DNA of 64,000 bases from Candidatus Nealsonbacteria bacterium (GCA_016186485.1 JACPLN010000007.1:33603-97602), one strand, 5' to 3'; numbered from the stretch's first letter, positions 14,792 through 24,355 are shown. Notes: generated by a model from the sequence alone, not told the origin. Made by a program: numbers and translations.

Positions 14792-15913
14792 ATGAAAATA
14801 TTAATGCCGGTGTTGCATTATTACCCCGTTATCGGGGGCTTGGAAACATGGACGCAAAATATTGCGGAAGGGCTTTCTAACAAAGCCGAGTTTTTTGTTG
14901 TGACGGGAAAGGTATCTGGCCAGCCAAGAGAAGAGTTAAGGAATGGGGTTAGGATAATAAGAACATCGTCTTACTCGCTGAAAAATCTTTCTTATTCTTC
15001 GCCATTTTATATTTTAACAACCCTGCCTTTTATTTTTTTCGCCTCATTATTTCTGATAAAAAAGGAGAAAATCCAGATTTTGCACTGCCAAGGGTTTTTA
15101 AGCTCTTTTTTGGGCTGCCTGCTTTCCAAAATAGCCAATATCCATTATATTATAACAGTTCAGAGGCTGGAAGAAAACAAGGGTTTTTTAAGAAAATTGG
15201 TTTACAGAAACGCAATGGTTTGCATTGCCGCCAGCCATGCCATCAAAGAGTATTTTGAAGAATTGGGCTGCAAAGACGTAGAAGTCATACCGAATGGCAT
15301 AGACCTAGCAAGGTTCAAGAATCTGGATCGGCAAAGATCCAGAAATAAGCTGGGACTAAAAGATGAGTTTGCGGTGATGACAGTGGCCCGCCTTGAAAAG
15401 ATTAAGGGCCTTGAATATTTAATTGGGGCCGCGAAAATTATCAGCAAAAATCCGCCAAATCAGCATAAACCGGTGTTTATAATAATTGGCGACGGGTCAG
15501 AGAGGAAAAATCTTGAGGGCTTGGCGGAAAAACTAGGGGTGGAAGACAGGGTTAAGTTTCTCGGGCCGATTGCCAACGAAAGAATCCCGGAATACTTGGC
15601 TGGGGCCGATTGTTTTGTTCTGCCGTCTTTAAAGGAAGGGTTTGGAATTGCAATTTTGGAAGCTATGGCTGCCGGAGTTCCGGTTGTCGCTACAAATGTT
15701 GGCGGGATAAAAGACATCATTGAAGGCGGAAAAACAGGCATTCTGGTTGAGCCGGAAAATTCTGAAGCCTTAGCTAAGGTAATATCAAAAACTTGTTCTT
15801 CAGGGGAGTTAATTGGCCAACTTGTTAACAACGCCATGGGAGAATTAACGCACTATAGCTGGAATAATGTTTTGGAAAAAGTTTATAAAATTTATCAAAA
15901 AATATCGCAATGA
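14792..15913 (+). CDS. Glycosyltransferase, GT4 family
   Basis: MKILMPVLHYYPVIGGLETW; CFVLPSLKEGFGIAILEAMAAGVPVVATNVGGIKDIIEGGKTGILVEPEN. GAGGGTGG RBS 12 nt upstream of the ATG. Confidence 0.9.
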   Translation: MKILMPVLHYYPVIGGLETWTQNIAEGLSNKAEFFVVTGKVSGQPREELRNGVRIIRTSSYSLKNLSYSSPFYILTTLPFIFFASLFLIKKEKIQILHCQGFLSSFLGCLLSKIANIHYIITVQRLEENKGFLRKLVYRNAMVCIAASHAIKEYFEELGCKDVEVIPNGIDLARFKNLDRQRSRNKLGLKDEFAVMTVARLEKIKGLEYLIGAAKIISKNPPNQHKPVFIIIGDGSERKNLEGLAEKLGVEDRVKFLGPIANERIPEYLAGADCFVLPSLKEGFGIAILEAMAAGVPVVATNVGGIKDIIEGGKTGILVEPENSEALAKVISKTCSSGELIGQLVNNAMGELTHYSWNNVLEKVYKIYQKISQ

Positions 15914-17082
15914 ATATTTTAATTGCCACAGGCATATTTCCGCCGGATATAGGGGGGCCGGCAACATACGTTGAAAAATTCGCTCACGAGCTTAATTTTA
16001 GCGATTTTAAGACAGCGGTTATTACCTATTCCGACAGGGAGCCCGAGCTCGGGTACGAATTTCCGGTAATTAGGATTTCAAGGCGGTATCCCAAAGCAAT
16101 AAGGCATTTTCTCTATTTTTTCAGGCTGTTATTTATGGGAAAAGATTTTGATGTTGTTTTTGCCCAAAATCCTTTCAGCGCCGGATTCCCAGCGGTGATA
16201 GCGGGGAAGATTCTAAGAAAGAAGGTGCTTTTGAAAATAGTCGGTGACGCAGCTTGGGAACATTACATGAATAAAATCCAAAATCCAAAATCCAAAATCC
16301 AAAATTATGATAGTTTAGAAAACTTTCAGACAAAAAAACATGATTTCCTAACAGAGTTAATTAGAAAAACTCAAAAATTCGTCGCTAGGTCTGCTAGTAA
16401 AATCATTGTTCCCAGCCAATATTTAAAGAGATTGGTTTTGGGCTGGGGAATTCCGGAAGGAAAGATTGAGGTTATTTATAACGCAATAGAAAAATCCTCA
16501 ACTTTTCCTATTCCAAAATTTGAAGCTAAAAAAGAGATCGGAGAAGAGAAAAGCATTATCCTTTCTGTGGGCAGGCTTTCTTCTTGGAAAGGATTTGAGG
16601 CCTTGATTGAAATAATGCCGTCTTTAATTAAGGAGAACCCCAATTTGAAACTGATTATCGTCGGTTCTGGCGAGGAAAAGCAAAGATTGGAACTAAAAAT
16701 CAGGGAGTTAAAAATAGAAAATAGCGTTAAGCTGGCCGGACTCGTTCACCATCAAAATATCCCTTTATATTTTAAAGCCGCAGACGTTTTTGTTTTAAAT
16801 TCGGAATACGAAGGCCTGTCTCATACTATTTTGGAAGCAATGCAGTTTGGGGTTCCGGTGGTTTGTTCAAACAAAGGAGGAAATCCGGAGTTGGTGGAGT
16901 CTGGCCACAACGGATTCTTGGCAGAGTATAACAACAAAGATCAGCTAAAAGAAGCCATTTTAAAGATTCTCCAAGACAAAGTTCTTCAGGAAAAGTTTAT
17001 TCAGAATTCTTACTTAAAATTAAGAGATTTTAATTGGGAGAGCTTGGTAGCCAGAACCATTAATATGCTCAAATTGTTATGA
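15910..17082 (+). CDS. Glycosyltransferase, GT4 family (contains heptanucleotide-repeat insert)
   Basis: VFVLNSEYEGLSHTILEAMQFGVPVVCSNKGGNPELVESGHNGFL. ATGA overlap with the upstream gene. Confidence 0.9.
   Translation: MNILIATGIFPPDIGGPATYVEKFAHELNFSDFKTAVITYSDREPELGYEFPVIRISRRYPKAIRHFLYFFRLLFMGKDFDVVFAQNPFSAGFPAVIAGKILRKKVLLKIVGDAAWEHYMNKIQNPKSKIQNYDSLENFQTKKHDFLTELIRKTQKFVARSASKIIVPSQYLKRLVLGWGIPEGKIEVIYNAIEKSSTFPIPKFEAKKEIGEEKSIILSVGRLSSWKGFEALIEIMPSLIKENPNLKLIIVGSGEEKQRLELKIRELKIENSVKLAGLVHHQNIPLYFKAADVFVLNSEYEGLSHTILEAMQFGVPVVCSNKGGNPELVESGHNGFLAEYNNKDQLKEAILKILQDKVLQEKFIQNSYLKLRDFNWESLVARTINMLKLL
16273..16305 (+). repeat. Perfect heptanucleotide tandem repeat (AAAATCC x4 plus AAAAT) inside GT4 gene
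   Basis: Positions 16273-16300 are four exact AAAATCC units; encodes KIQNPKSKIQN. Confidence 0.95.
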
Positions 17083-18065
17083 AAAAAGCGCTGTTTATTG
17101 GAGTAACTAAATACAATTTGGAGGCCGACCGCCATTTGGAAAAGAAGTTCGGAGGGCTGAGCCAGGGGATAAAGCCTTACCTAATAGCAAGAGGCCGGCC
17201 CTTCCATAGTTATTTGTGGGGGACTGATTTTTATCTTTTCCCAAAAGCAGTCTTTTGGCCATTGGCTTTCCTGCTCTCTTTTTATCTGTGCCTTTTTAAA
17301 GGCATTAATACCATTGTGGCCCAATCTCCTTTAACGGAGGGTTTTCTGGGGGCAATTTTAAAGAAGATTTTAAAAAAGGAATTAATCGTGGAAATCCACG
17401 GTGATTGGGGCGTAAGAAAAACGCTTTCTATTATTGCCCCAATTAGCCTTAAGAATGCGGATAAAATTAGAGGAGTTGCGCAATATCTTATTGATAAGGC
17501 AAAGAAATTCGCGCCAAAAAAACCTTACTATTTATTTCCGACTTTCACGGACTTAGACGATTTTTTGGGAGAAAAAGATGTAACTTTTGAAAAGTTTATT
17601 TTATTTGTCGGCAGGGCCCACAAAATCAAAGGAGTAAATTATCTAATAGGGGCTTTTTCAAAAATTGAAAAAGATTTCCCTGATTTTAAATTGGTTTTGG
17701 TTGGAGAGGGTTTGCCGGAAGGAAAGCTGTCTCTGGCGGAGGTGAAAAATAAGATGAAAAAATGCTATTGTTTGGTTGTTCCTTCTTTGTCTGAAGGCTT
17801 GCCAAGGGTTATATTGGAGGCCATGGCTTTGGGAAAGCCAGTTGTAGCCAGCAGGGTTGGGGGCATTCCGGAAGTAATTCAAGACGGAAAGACGGGGTTT
17901 TTATTTGAGCCGGGGAACCAATCCGATTTAACCGAAAAATTAAGGGTTTTGTTGCAGGATTACGACCTTGCCAGGAGAACCGGAGAAGAAGGGAAGCGGT
18001 TTGTCAGGGACAAATTTTCCAACCTGAAATATGTTGAAAATTATCTAAAAATGTTGCAAGATTAA
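17079..18065 (+). CDS. Glycosyltransferase, GT4 family
   Basis: CLVVPSLSEGLPRVILEAMALGKPVVASRVGGIPEVIQDGKTGFLFEPGN. ATGA overlap. Confidence 0.85.
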   Translation: MKKALFIGVTKYNLEADRHLEKKFGGLSQGIKPYLIARGRPFHSYLWGTDFYLFPKAVFWPLAFLLSFYLCLFKGINTIVAQSPLTEGFLGAILKKILKKELIVEIHGDWGVRKTLSIIAPISLKNADKIRGVAQYLIDKAKKFAPKKPYYLFPTFTDLDDFLGEKDVTFEKFILFVGRAHKIKGVNYLIGAFSKIEKDFPDFKLVLVGEGLPEGKLSLAEVKNKMKKCYCLVVPSLSEGLPRVILEAMALGKPVVASRVGGIPEVIQDGKTGFLFEPGNQSDLTEKLRVLLQDYDLARRTGEEGKRFVRDKFSNLKYVENYLKMLQD

Positions 18066-18069
18066 ATGT

Positions 18070-18768
18070 ATGAAGGCAATTATTTTAGCCGGGGGGAGGG
18101 CCACCCGCCTTCCAAATTCGGCAAGAGACATACCAAAAGCTCTGGTTAGGGTAGGCTCAAAAACCATAATAGAGCATCAAATAGACTGGATGAGCCGCCA
18201 GGGGATTTATGATATAAGGCTGGCATTGGGATATATGGCGGATCAAATTATAAATCACCTTGGCAGAAAGTATGAATACGTAATAGAAAAAGAGCCCTTA
18301 GGCACCGGGGGGGCGATTAAGTTCGCTTCTCTTGATCTGACCTCTAATTTTTTAGTTGTTAATGGAGATATTGTTACAAATTTGAATATTAATGGTTTAA
18401 TGGAGTCGTTTCAGCGCTCTCCTTTTCAGAACATAGTTTCTCTTTGCCAGGTTGGGAATCCGGAAAGTTTCGGTTTGGTGAAAATAGACGGCGCAAGGAT
18501 ACTGGAGTTTTTTGAAAAACCAGACCGGGGTTTAATAGAAAGCCAGCCCGCTTATTTTATCAATGCCGGAGTGTACATACTTTCGCCCGATATTTTTAAA
18601 AATATTGAACCGAAATCTTTCTTGATTGAGAAAGAAATATTCCCTATACTTGCCAAAGAAGGAAGGCTGGGAGGGTTTTTACACCAGGGTTTTTGGCAGG
18701 ATTTAGGGACAGAAGAGAGGCTGGCGAGAGTAAGGAAAATGGTTGAAGAGAGGATAATAAGGTTATGA
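18070..18768 (+). CDS. Sugar-1-phosphate nucleotidylyltransferase (mannose-1-P guanylyltransferase-like)
   Basis: MKAIILAGGRATRL ... KALVRVG ... EKEPLGTGGAI signature of the NTP_transferase family. Confidence 0.8.
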   Translation: MKAIILAGGRATRLPNSARDIPKALVRVGSKTIIEHQIDWMSRQGIYDIRLALGYMADQIINHLGRKYEYVIEKEPLGTGGAIKFASLDLTSNFLVVNGDIVTNLNINGLMESFQRSPFQNIVSLCQVGNPESFGLVKIDGARILEFFEKPDRGLIESQPAYFINAGVYILSPDIFKNIEPKSFLIEKEIFPILAKEGRLGGFLHQGFWQDLGTEERLARVRKMVEERIIRL

Positions 18769-19805
18769 GGCTTTTATTCATTACCCAAATAATTGATAAG
18801 GAAGACGATATTTTGGGTTTTATTCACCGCTGGATTGAAAAGCTTTCCATAAATGCAGAGTTTTTAAACGCAATTTGCCTGAAGAAGGGAAGCCATTGCT
18901 TTCCTTCCAATGTAAAAGTTTGGTCTTTGGGGAAAGAAACCGGGGAGTCAAGGATTAAGTATCTTCTTAGGTTTTATAAGTACATTTTTCTTGGGGATTT
19001 GGAATACGATATCGTTTTTATCCACATGAACCCTGTCTACGCGGTTCTCGGAGGACTTTACTGGAAGGCAAGAAGAAAGAAAATCTTTCTTTGGTATAAC
19101 CACCACTACGGAAGCTTGCTAGCAAGGTTGGCTATTTTGATATCAGATAAAGTTTTTTATACATCTCCGTTTTCTTTCGCCGCCAAATTTAAAAAGTCAA
19201 AGATTATGCCCGCCGGCATAGACATAGAGGCCTTCAAGAGAAACAGCGGCGTGAATAGGGCCAAAAACTCAATTCTTTCGGTGGGAAGAATAGCTCCAAT
19301 AAAGAAAATTGATGTTTTGGTCAAAGCGGCAAAATTACTGGATGAGGCAGGGCTTGAGTTTGTCTTAAATATCGTGGGCGAACCCGCTGCCGAAGAAAGG
19401 CCTTATTTCGACGAAGTTAAGAAACTTTCAAGCTCTTTGGCGGTAAAGGGAAAAGTAAAGTTTTTTGGCAAGCTTGCGAATTATAGGACGCCGAGCGTAT
19501 ACAACCAAAATGAGATTTTTGTTAACCTTTCTCCATCCGGCCTTTTTGATAAGGCAATTTTGGAGGCAATGGCCTGCGAAATGTTAACCCTTGTTTCAAG
19601 CAAGGCCTTTGAAAGTGTTTTGCCAAACCAACTGATTTTTAAGGAGGGCGACCCTCGAGACCTGAAGGATAAAATTGCCGGCCTATTTTACGAGATCCCG
19701 GAAGCGAAGCAAGATTTGGGGAGAAAGCTTAGAGACTATGTGATTCAAAATCACAACTTAGACATTTTAATTAATAAATTGACAGATGAGTTTAAAAAAG
19801 CCTAG
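18765..19805 (+). CDS. Glycosyltransferase, GT-B fold (divergent GT4-like)
   Basis: ILSVGRIAPIKK, IVGEPA, degenerate E-x7-E region SGLFDKAILEAMACEM. Confidence 0.65.
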   Translation: MRLLFITQIIDKEDDILGFIHRWIEKLSINAEFLNAICLKKGSHCFPSNVKVWSLGKETGESRIKYLLRFYKYIFLGDLEYDIVFIHMNPVYAVLGGLYWKARRKKIFLWYNHHYGSLLARLAILISDKVFYTSPFSFAAKFKKSKIMPAGIDIEAFKRNSGVNRAKNSILSVGRIAPIKKIDVLVKAAKLLDEAGLEFVLNIVGEPAAEERPYFDEVKKLSSSLAVKGKVKFFGKLANYRTPSVYNQNEIFVNLSPSGLFDKAILEAMACEMLTLVSSKAFESVLPNQLIFKEGDPRDLKDKIAGLFYEIPEAKQDLGRKLRDYVIQNHNLDILINKLTDEFKKA

Positions 19806-20424
19806 AAAAATCTATTTTAGGAGCATGCAAGAGAAGCTTGATATTGTAGCGGGTCTCTTTAAAGACTATTTGAGAGGGGAAGTATTGGATATTGGCTGCG
19901 GAGAGGGCTATTTGCGAAAGTTCGTTGAGGGAAAATATACTGGTTTGGATAAGGATGGCAACCCGGACATCAAAGCGGATATCCGAAACGGTTTAAATCT
20001 TAAAGATATGAGTTTTGATACGGTTTTGGCTCTTGATGTTTTGGAGCATACCGATGACATACACCGTGTTTTTGACAACCTGTGCCGGATTTCCAGACAG
20101 TGGATTATTATTTCCCTGCCTAATATATACGAGTGGAGATTCAGGGCCTATTTTATGTTCGGTAAGGAACTAGATGATCTTTACCGGTTTTCTGAAACGC
20201 CGCCAATAGACAGGCACCGTTGGATAATGTCTTTCAATCAGGCAAAGAATTTCGTGCGTAAAATGTCGGAAAAGAACAATTTTGAAATAGCTAAAGAGAT
20301 GTCCTGCTTTTACAGATACAATAAAATTCTTCCCCGGGTTATAACAAGCATTGGATCTTCTCTTGGTCCAAGATTTCATAACATCTTTGCAAACAGCTAC
20401 TTTGCGTTATTAAAGAGAAGATAA
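19786..20424 (+). CDS. Class I SAM-dependent methyltransferase
   Basis: VLDIGCGEGYL (motif I), FDTVLALDVLEH. Confidence 0.75.
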   Translation: MSLKKPRKIYFRSMQEKLDIVAGLFKDYLRGEVLDIGCGEGYLRKFVEGKYTGLDKDGNPDIKADIRNGLNLKDMSFDTVLALDVLEHTDDIHRVFDNLCRISRQWIIISLPNIYEWRFRAYFMFGKELDDLYRFSETPPIDRHRWIMSFNQAKNFVRKMSEKNNFEIAKEMSCFYRYNKILPRVITSIGSSLGPRFHNIFANSYFALLKRR

Positions 20425-20428
20425 CTTT

Positions 20429-22291
20429 ATGTGCGGCATTAACGGGTTTAATTTTAGAGATGAGGCGTTGATAAAAAAGATGAATGATGTAACTCGTCAC
20501 AGGGGTCCCGATGACGAAGGTTTTTATTTTGACAACAATGTTTCTTTGGGAAATGACCGGCTTTCAATTATTGACCTTTCAGAAAACGCCAGGCAGCCAA
20601 TCTGGAATGAAGATAAAACAAAGTGCGTTGTTTTCAACGGAGAAATATATAATTTTCAGGAGTTAAGAAAGGGGCTGTTAGAAAGAGGGCATAAGTTTAT
20701 TTCTAAATCTGACACCGAGGTTATTTTGCATCTTTACGAAGATAAAAAAGAAAAAACTCCGGAATACCTCAACGGGATTTTTGCCTTTGCCATATACGAT
20801 AAAAACAAAAACGAGCTTTTTCTGGCGAGAGACAGGTCGGGAGTTAAACCCCTCTATTATTATTTTGACCCTTCGACAAGCTCAGGGCAAGCTAAGTTTG
20901 TTTTTTCTTCGGAGATCAAGGCTATTTTGGCCCATGGGATTAAGAGGGAGATTGACGAGGAGGCCCTGGCCCATTATTTCAGGCTTTTTTTTGTTCCCAG
21001 CCCATACACTTTGTTTTCCGGCATTAAAAAATTACCACCGGCCCACTATTTGGTTTATCGCCAGGGCCAAATTTATCTTAAAAAGTATTGGGATTTGGAG
21101 GATTTGCCGGAAATAGAGTCCCCGAAAGAAATCAAAGAGAAACTGCTGTTTTTGATTAAAGACGCTGTTCGCCGCCAGCTGATTTCCGACAGGCCTCTGG
21201 GCATATTTTTGAGCGGCGGCATTGATTCCACTTCTGTTTTGGGAATAGCGGCTGAACTTTCAGCGGGGCCAATCAAGACCTTTTCCGTCGGCTACGATAT
21301 TGAAGAAGGGGATAAATTTAATAGAGATTTTTACCTTGCCAGAGAAACGAGCAAGCATTACGGCACCATTCACCGTGAAGTTTTGGTTACCGACATTGAT
21401 GCGAGAGACAACATAGAAAAGGTTATTTGGCATATGGAAGAACCCGTGCCAAACAGCGTTCAAATCCCAACCTTTATTCTTTCCAAAGAAGCGAAAAAGG
21501 AGGTTGCGGTGGTTTTGGGCGGGGACGGCGGAGATGAAATCTTCGGCGGGTATCCGCGATACCGCTATAACCAATTGATAGAAACATACCAGTTTTTACC
21601 TCTATTCTTAAGAAAAAATGTTTTGCCGAAGTTTTTGGAATTAGTCTTAAAAAAGAAGAATTTGGCTGAAAAGCTAAATACCCCTCGGGGCGTTTCTCGC
21701 TACCTTTTATTTATGGGGGAAAAATCAGAAATATTGTCCCAGGTTTTAAAAGAGGGTTTCCGGAAGAATATAACCGAGGACTTTCTAAGAAAGAACTATC
21801 CTGAAAATAAGTTTAAAGACCCAACCAAATATTTAATGTACCTTGACCTCTTTACCTGGTTGGTTGACGAGTCTTTAATAAGGTCGGACAAAATGACAAT
21901 GGCTGCAAGCCTTGAGGAAAGGGTCCCGATTTTGGACCACAGATTGGTTGAGCTTGCTTTCAGGATTCCAACTAAATACAAGGTCAGAGGAAAGAAAGAC
22001 AACAAATGGATTTTCAGGGAAGCGGTTAAAAAATATTTGCCGCCGCATATTTTGGGGAAAGAAAAGAGGGGATGGTTCCCGCCGGCTTCAAAATGGCTGA
22101 GGCGCGGAATGAAGGATTTTGCCTATTCGGTTCTTTCGCCCGGCTACTGCCAGGATACCCAAGAATACTTTGATTTTTCTCAAATTAGGAAAGTTTTAGA
22201 CGACCACATTAGCAAGAAAAAATACAACCTGGATATAATTTGGTCGTTAATTACTTTCCAGATTTGGTACAAACAATTTATAGAAAAATGA
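20429..22291 (+). CDS. asnB: Asparagine synthase (glutamine-hydrolysing) family amidotransferase
   Basis: N-terminal nucleophile MCGINGF, PP-loop LSGGIDSTS, GGDGGDEIFGGY. Confidence 0.9.
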   Translation: MCGINGFNFRDEALIKKMNDVTRHRGPDDEGFYFDNNVSLGNDRLSIIDLSENARQPIWNEDKTKCVVFNGEIYNFQELRKGLLERGHKFISKSDTEVILHLYEDKKEKTPEYLNGIFAFAIYDKNKNELFLARDRSGVKPLYYYFDPSTSSGQAKFVFSSEIKAILAHGIKREIDEEALAHYFRLFFVPSPYTLFSGIKKLPPAHYLVYRQGQIYLKKYWDLEDLPEIESPKEIKEKLLFLIKDAVRRQLISDRPLGIFLSGGIDSTSVLGIAAELSAGPIKTFSVGYDIEEGDKFNRDFYLARETSKHYGTIHREVLVTDIDARDNIEKVIWHMEEPVPNSVQIPTFILSKEAKKEVAVVLGGDGGDEIFGGYPRYRYNQLIETYQFLPLFLRKNVLPKFLELVLKKKNLAEKLNTPRGVSRYLLFMGEKSEILSQVLKEGFRKNITEDFLRKNYPENKFKDPTKYLMYLDLFTWLVDESLIRSDKMTMAASLEERVPILDHRLVELAFRIPTKYKVRGKKDNKWIFREAVKKYLPPHILGKEKRGWFPPASKWLRRGMKDFAYSVLSPGYCQDTQEYFDFSQIRKVLDDHISKKKYNLDIIWSLITFQIWYKQFIEK

Positions 22292-23406
22292 AGATTATAT
22301 ACATTGCCAACGCCAGATTTCCCACAGAGAAAGCCCATGGCATCCAGATAGCCAAGATGTGCGAGGCCTTTACAGAGGCGGGGAACGAGGTGGAATTAGT
22401 CTTGCCGAGAAGGTTCAATCCCATTAAGGAAGATCCTTTTGAGTATTACGGAATTAAAAGAAATTTTAAGATAACAAGGCTGCCCTGCCTTGATTTGATT
22501 ATTTTGGATAAATACATAGGACATTTGGGGCTTTGGGTTGAATCTTTTACTTTTTTGACTCCGGTTTTTTTCTACACTTTATTTAAGAAGGCAGACATTT
22601 TTTACACTAGAAACGCCTTGCTTTTGCCGCTAGCCCTTTTTAAGAGAAATTTATTTTTTGAGGCGCACACTTTCCCAAAAAAATATTTTTTATACTCCTT
22701 ATTTTTAAAGCGAACGCCCCGATTAATTGTTATTACCCAAAAACTTAAAGATATTTTTGCAGAGCGGGGGGCGGATCCAGAAAAGATTTTGGTGGCTCCG
22801 GACGGAGTTGATTTAGAGAAATTTGATATAAAAGAAACAAAAGAAGAATGCCGAGCGAGGCTGAGCCTCGCTCAAGATAAAAAAATAGTTTTATACACCG
22901 GCCATTTGTATCCCTGGAAAGGTGTCCAGACCCTGGCTGAAGCGTCGCAGTTCTTGCCGGAAGACGTTAAAGTTTATTTCGTCGGCGGCACTACAAAAGA
23001 TAGGGAAGAATTCGCAATGCGCAATGCGCAATTTAAAATTAAGGTGATGGGCCATAGGCCCCATAGCGAGATTCCCTACTGGTTAAAAGCTGCCGATGTT
23101 CTGGTTTTGCCAAATTCCGCTAAAGAAGATATTTCAAAATACTGGACTTCTCCAATGAAGCTTTTTGAATATATGACTTCGAGTCGCCCGATTGTAGCTT
23201 CCGACCTCCCATCGTTTAGAGAGGTGTTAAGCGAAAAGAACTCTATTCTGGCAGAAGCCGACAACCCGGAAAAATTGGCCGCCGGAATTAAAAAAGCCCT
23301 GGATAATCCAGAGCTTTCAAAGAGTATTACAGAAAAGGCTTTCCTAGATGTAAAGCAATATACCTGGGAGGAAAGAGCCAGAAAAATATCAGATAGATTT
23401 TTCTAG
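22288..23406 (+). CDS. Glycosyltransferase, GT-B fold (GT4/GT1-like)
   Basis: MKIIYIANARFPTEKAHGIQ; YTGHLYPWKG; VLVLPNSAKEDISKYWTSPMKLFEYMTSSRPIVASD. ATGA overlap with asnB. Confidence 0.75.
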   Translation: MKIIYIANARFPTEKAHGIQIAKMCEAFTEAGNEVELVLPRRFNPIKEDPFEYYGIKRNFKITRLPCLDLIILDKYIGHLGLWVESFTFLTPVFFYTLFKKADIFYTRNALLLPLALFKRNLFFEAHTFPKKYFLYSLFLKRTPRLIVITQKLKDIFAERGADPEKILVAPDGVDLEKFDIKETKEECRARLSLAQDKKIVLYTGHLYPWKGVQTLAEASQFLPEDVKVYFVGGTTKDREEFAMRNAQFKIKVMGHRPHSEIPYWLKAADVLVLPNSAKEDISKYWTSPMKLFEYMTSSRPIVASDLPSFREVLSEKNSILAEADNPEKLAAGIKKALDNPELSKSITEKAFLDVKQYTWEERARKISDRFF

Positions 23407-24336
23407 AAGCCACACGAGTATGGCTTTTTGGATGTGGAGGCGGTTTTCTGCCTGGTCAAAGATGATGGAGTTTGGATGATCTATGGCATCGCGGGAGATT
23501 TCATATCCTGTGTGGCAGGGCATACAATGCATTATTTTCGCATTTGGAGCATATTTTTCAATAAGTCCAGCATTAAGCTGGTATGGCAAAAGAACTTTTT
23601 TCCTTCTCTCATACTCTTCTTTATATTCCGGTTTAACTTGGCCATTCTCAAAAAACTCCATGTTCATCCAGGTGTCGGTATGGACGAAATTAGCTCCTTT
23701 TAGGGCCTCTTTTAGATTAATAGTTTTTGTTACCAAACCAGTTGCCTTTGCCACATTGTTTAATCCTTTATCAACGCTGTCTTTATCAATTTCCGGAGCA
23801 ACAATCGTAATTGGGATACCCAATTTCGCGCAGGCAAGTTTTAAAGTATTAGAGACGTTGTTTTCAATGCCCAGCCAGACAACCTTTCTTATTTTTTCAA
23901 CGCCTCCAGATTTCTCAGCCATAGTAAGGATATCTCCCAGGGCCTGGCAAGGGTGATATTTTTCGCTGCAAGCGTCAATTACAGGGATCTGGTTGAATGA
24001 GGTTGCTTTTATGACATTTTCCGCCTTTTTAGCCCTAAACATTAAAAGGTCTCCATATCTCATTATTGCCCTAATTTCGTCGCCAAAATCAGCTAAAGAG
24101 AACTGGCTTACCCTGGCATCAAGAAAAATAGCGTGGCCACCGAGTTCGGTCATTGCCGCTTCAAAAGAGAGGCGGGTTCTTGTAGATGTTTTTTGAAAGA
24201 GCATAATCAGGGTTTTATTTTCAAGGAGTTTTTTGGGTTTTCTTTCGCCTCTTTCCCTTTTTAGATTTTCTGCCATTTCAATAATATCAAGAATATCCTG
24301 GTGAGACTGTTCTTTAAGAGATGTCAGATGTCTCAT
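23389..24336 (-). CDS. Ornithine-carbamoyltransferase-family transcarbamylase with non-canonical second-substrate loop
   Basis: Carbamoyl-P motif STRTRLSFE, HPCQ, HCMP, FDQAENRLHIQKA. The canonical D-x-x-x-S-M-G loop reads TDTWMNME. Confidence 0.75.
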   Translation of the reverse strand: MRHLTSLKEQSHQDILDIIEMAENLKRERGERKPKKLLENKTLIMLFQKTSTRTRLSFEAAMTELGGHAIFLDARVSQFSLADFGDEIRAIMRYGDLLMFRAKKAENVIKATSFNQIPVIDACSEKYHPCQALGDILTMAEKSGGVEKIRKVVWLGIENNVSNTLKLACAKLGIPITIVAPEIDKDSVDKGLNNVAKATGLVTKTINLKEALKGANFVHTDTWMNMEFFENGQVKPEYKEEYERRKKVLLPYQLNAGLIEKYAPNAKIMHCMPCHTGYEISRDAIDHPNSIIFDQAENRLHIQKAILVWLLEKSI

Positions 24337-24355
24337 ACTTTATAATTTATCACAG

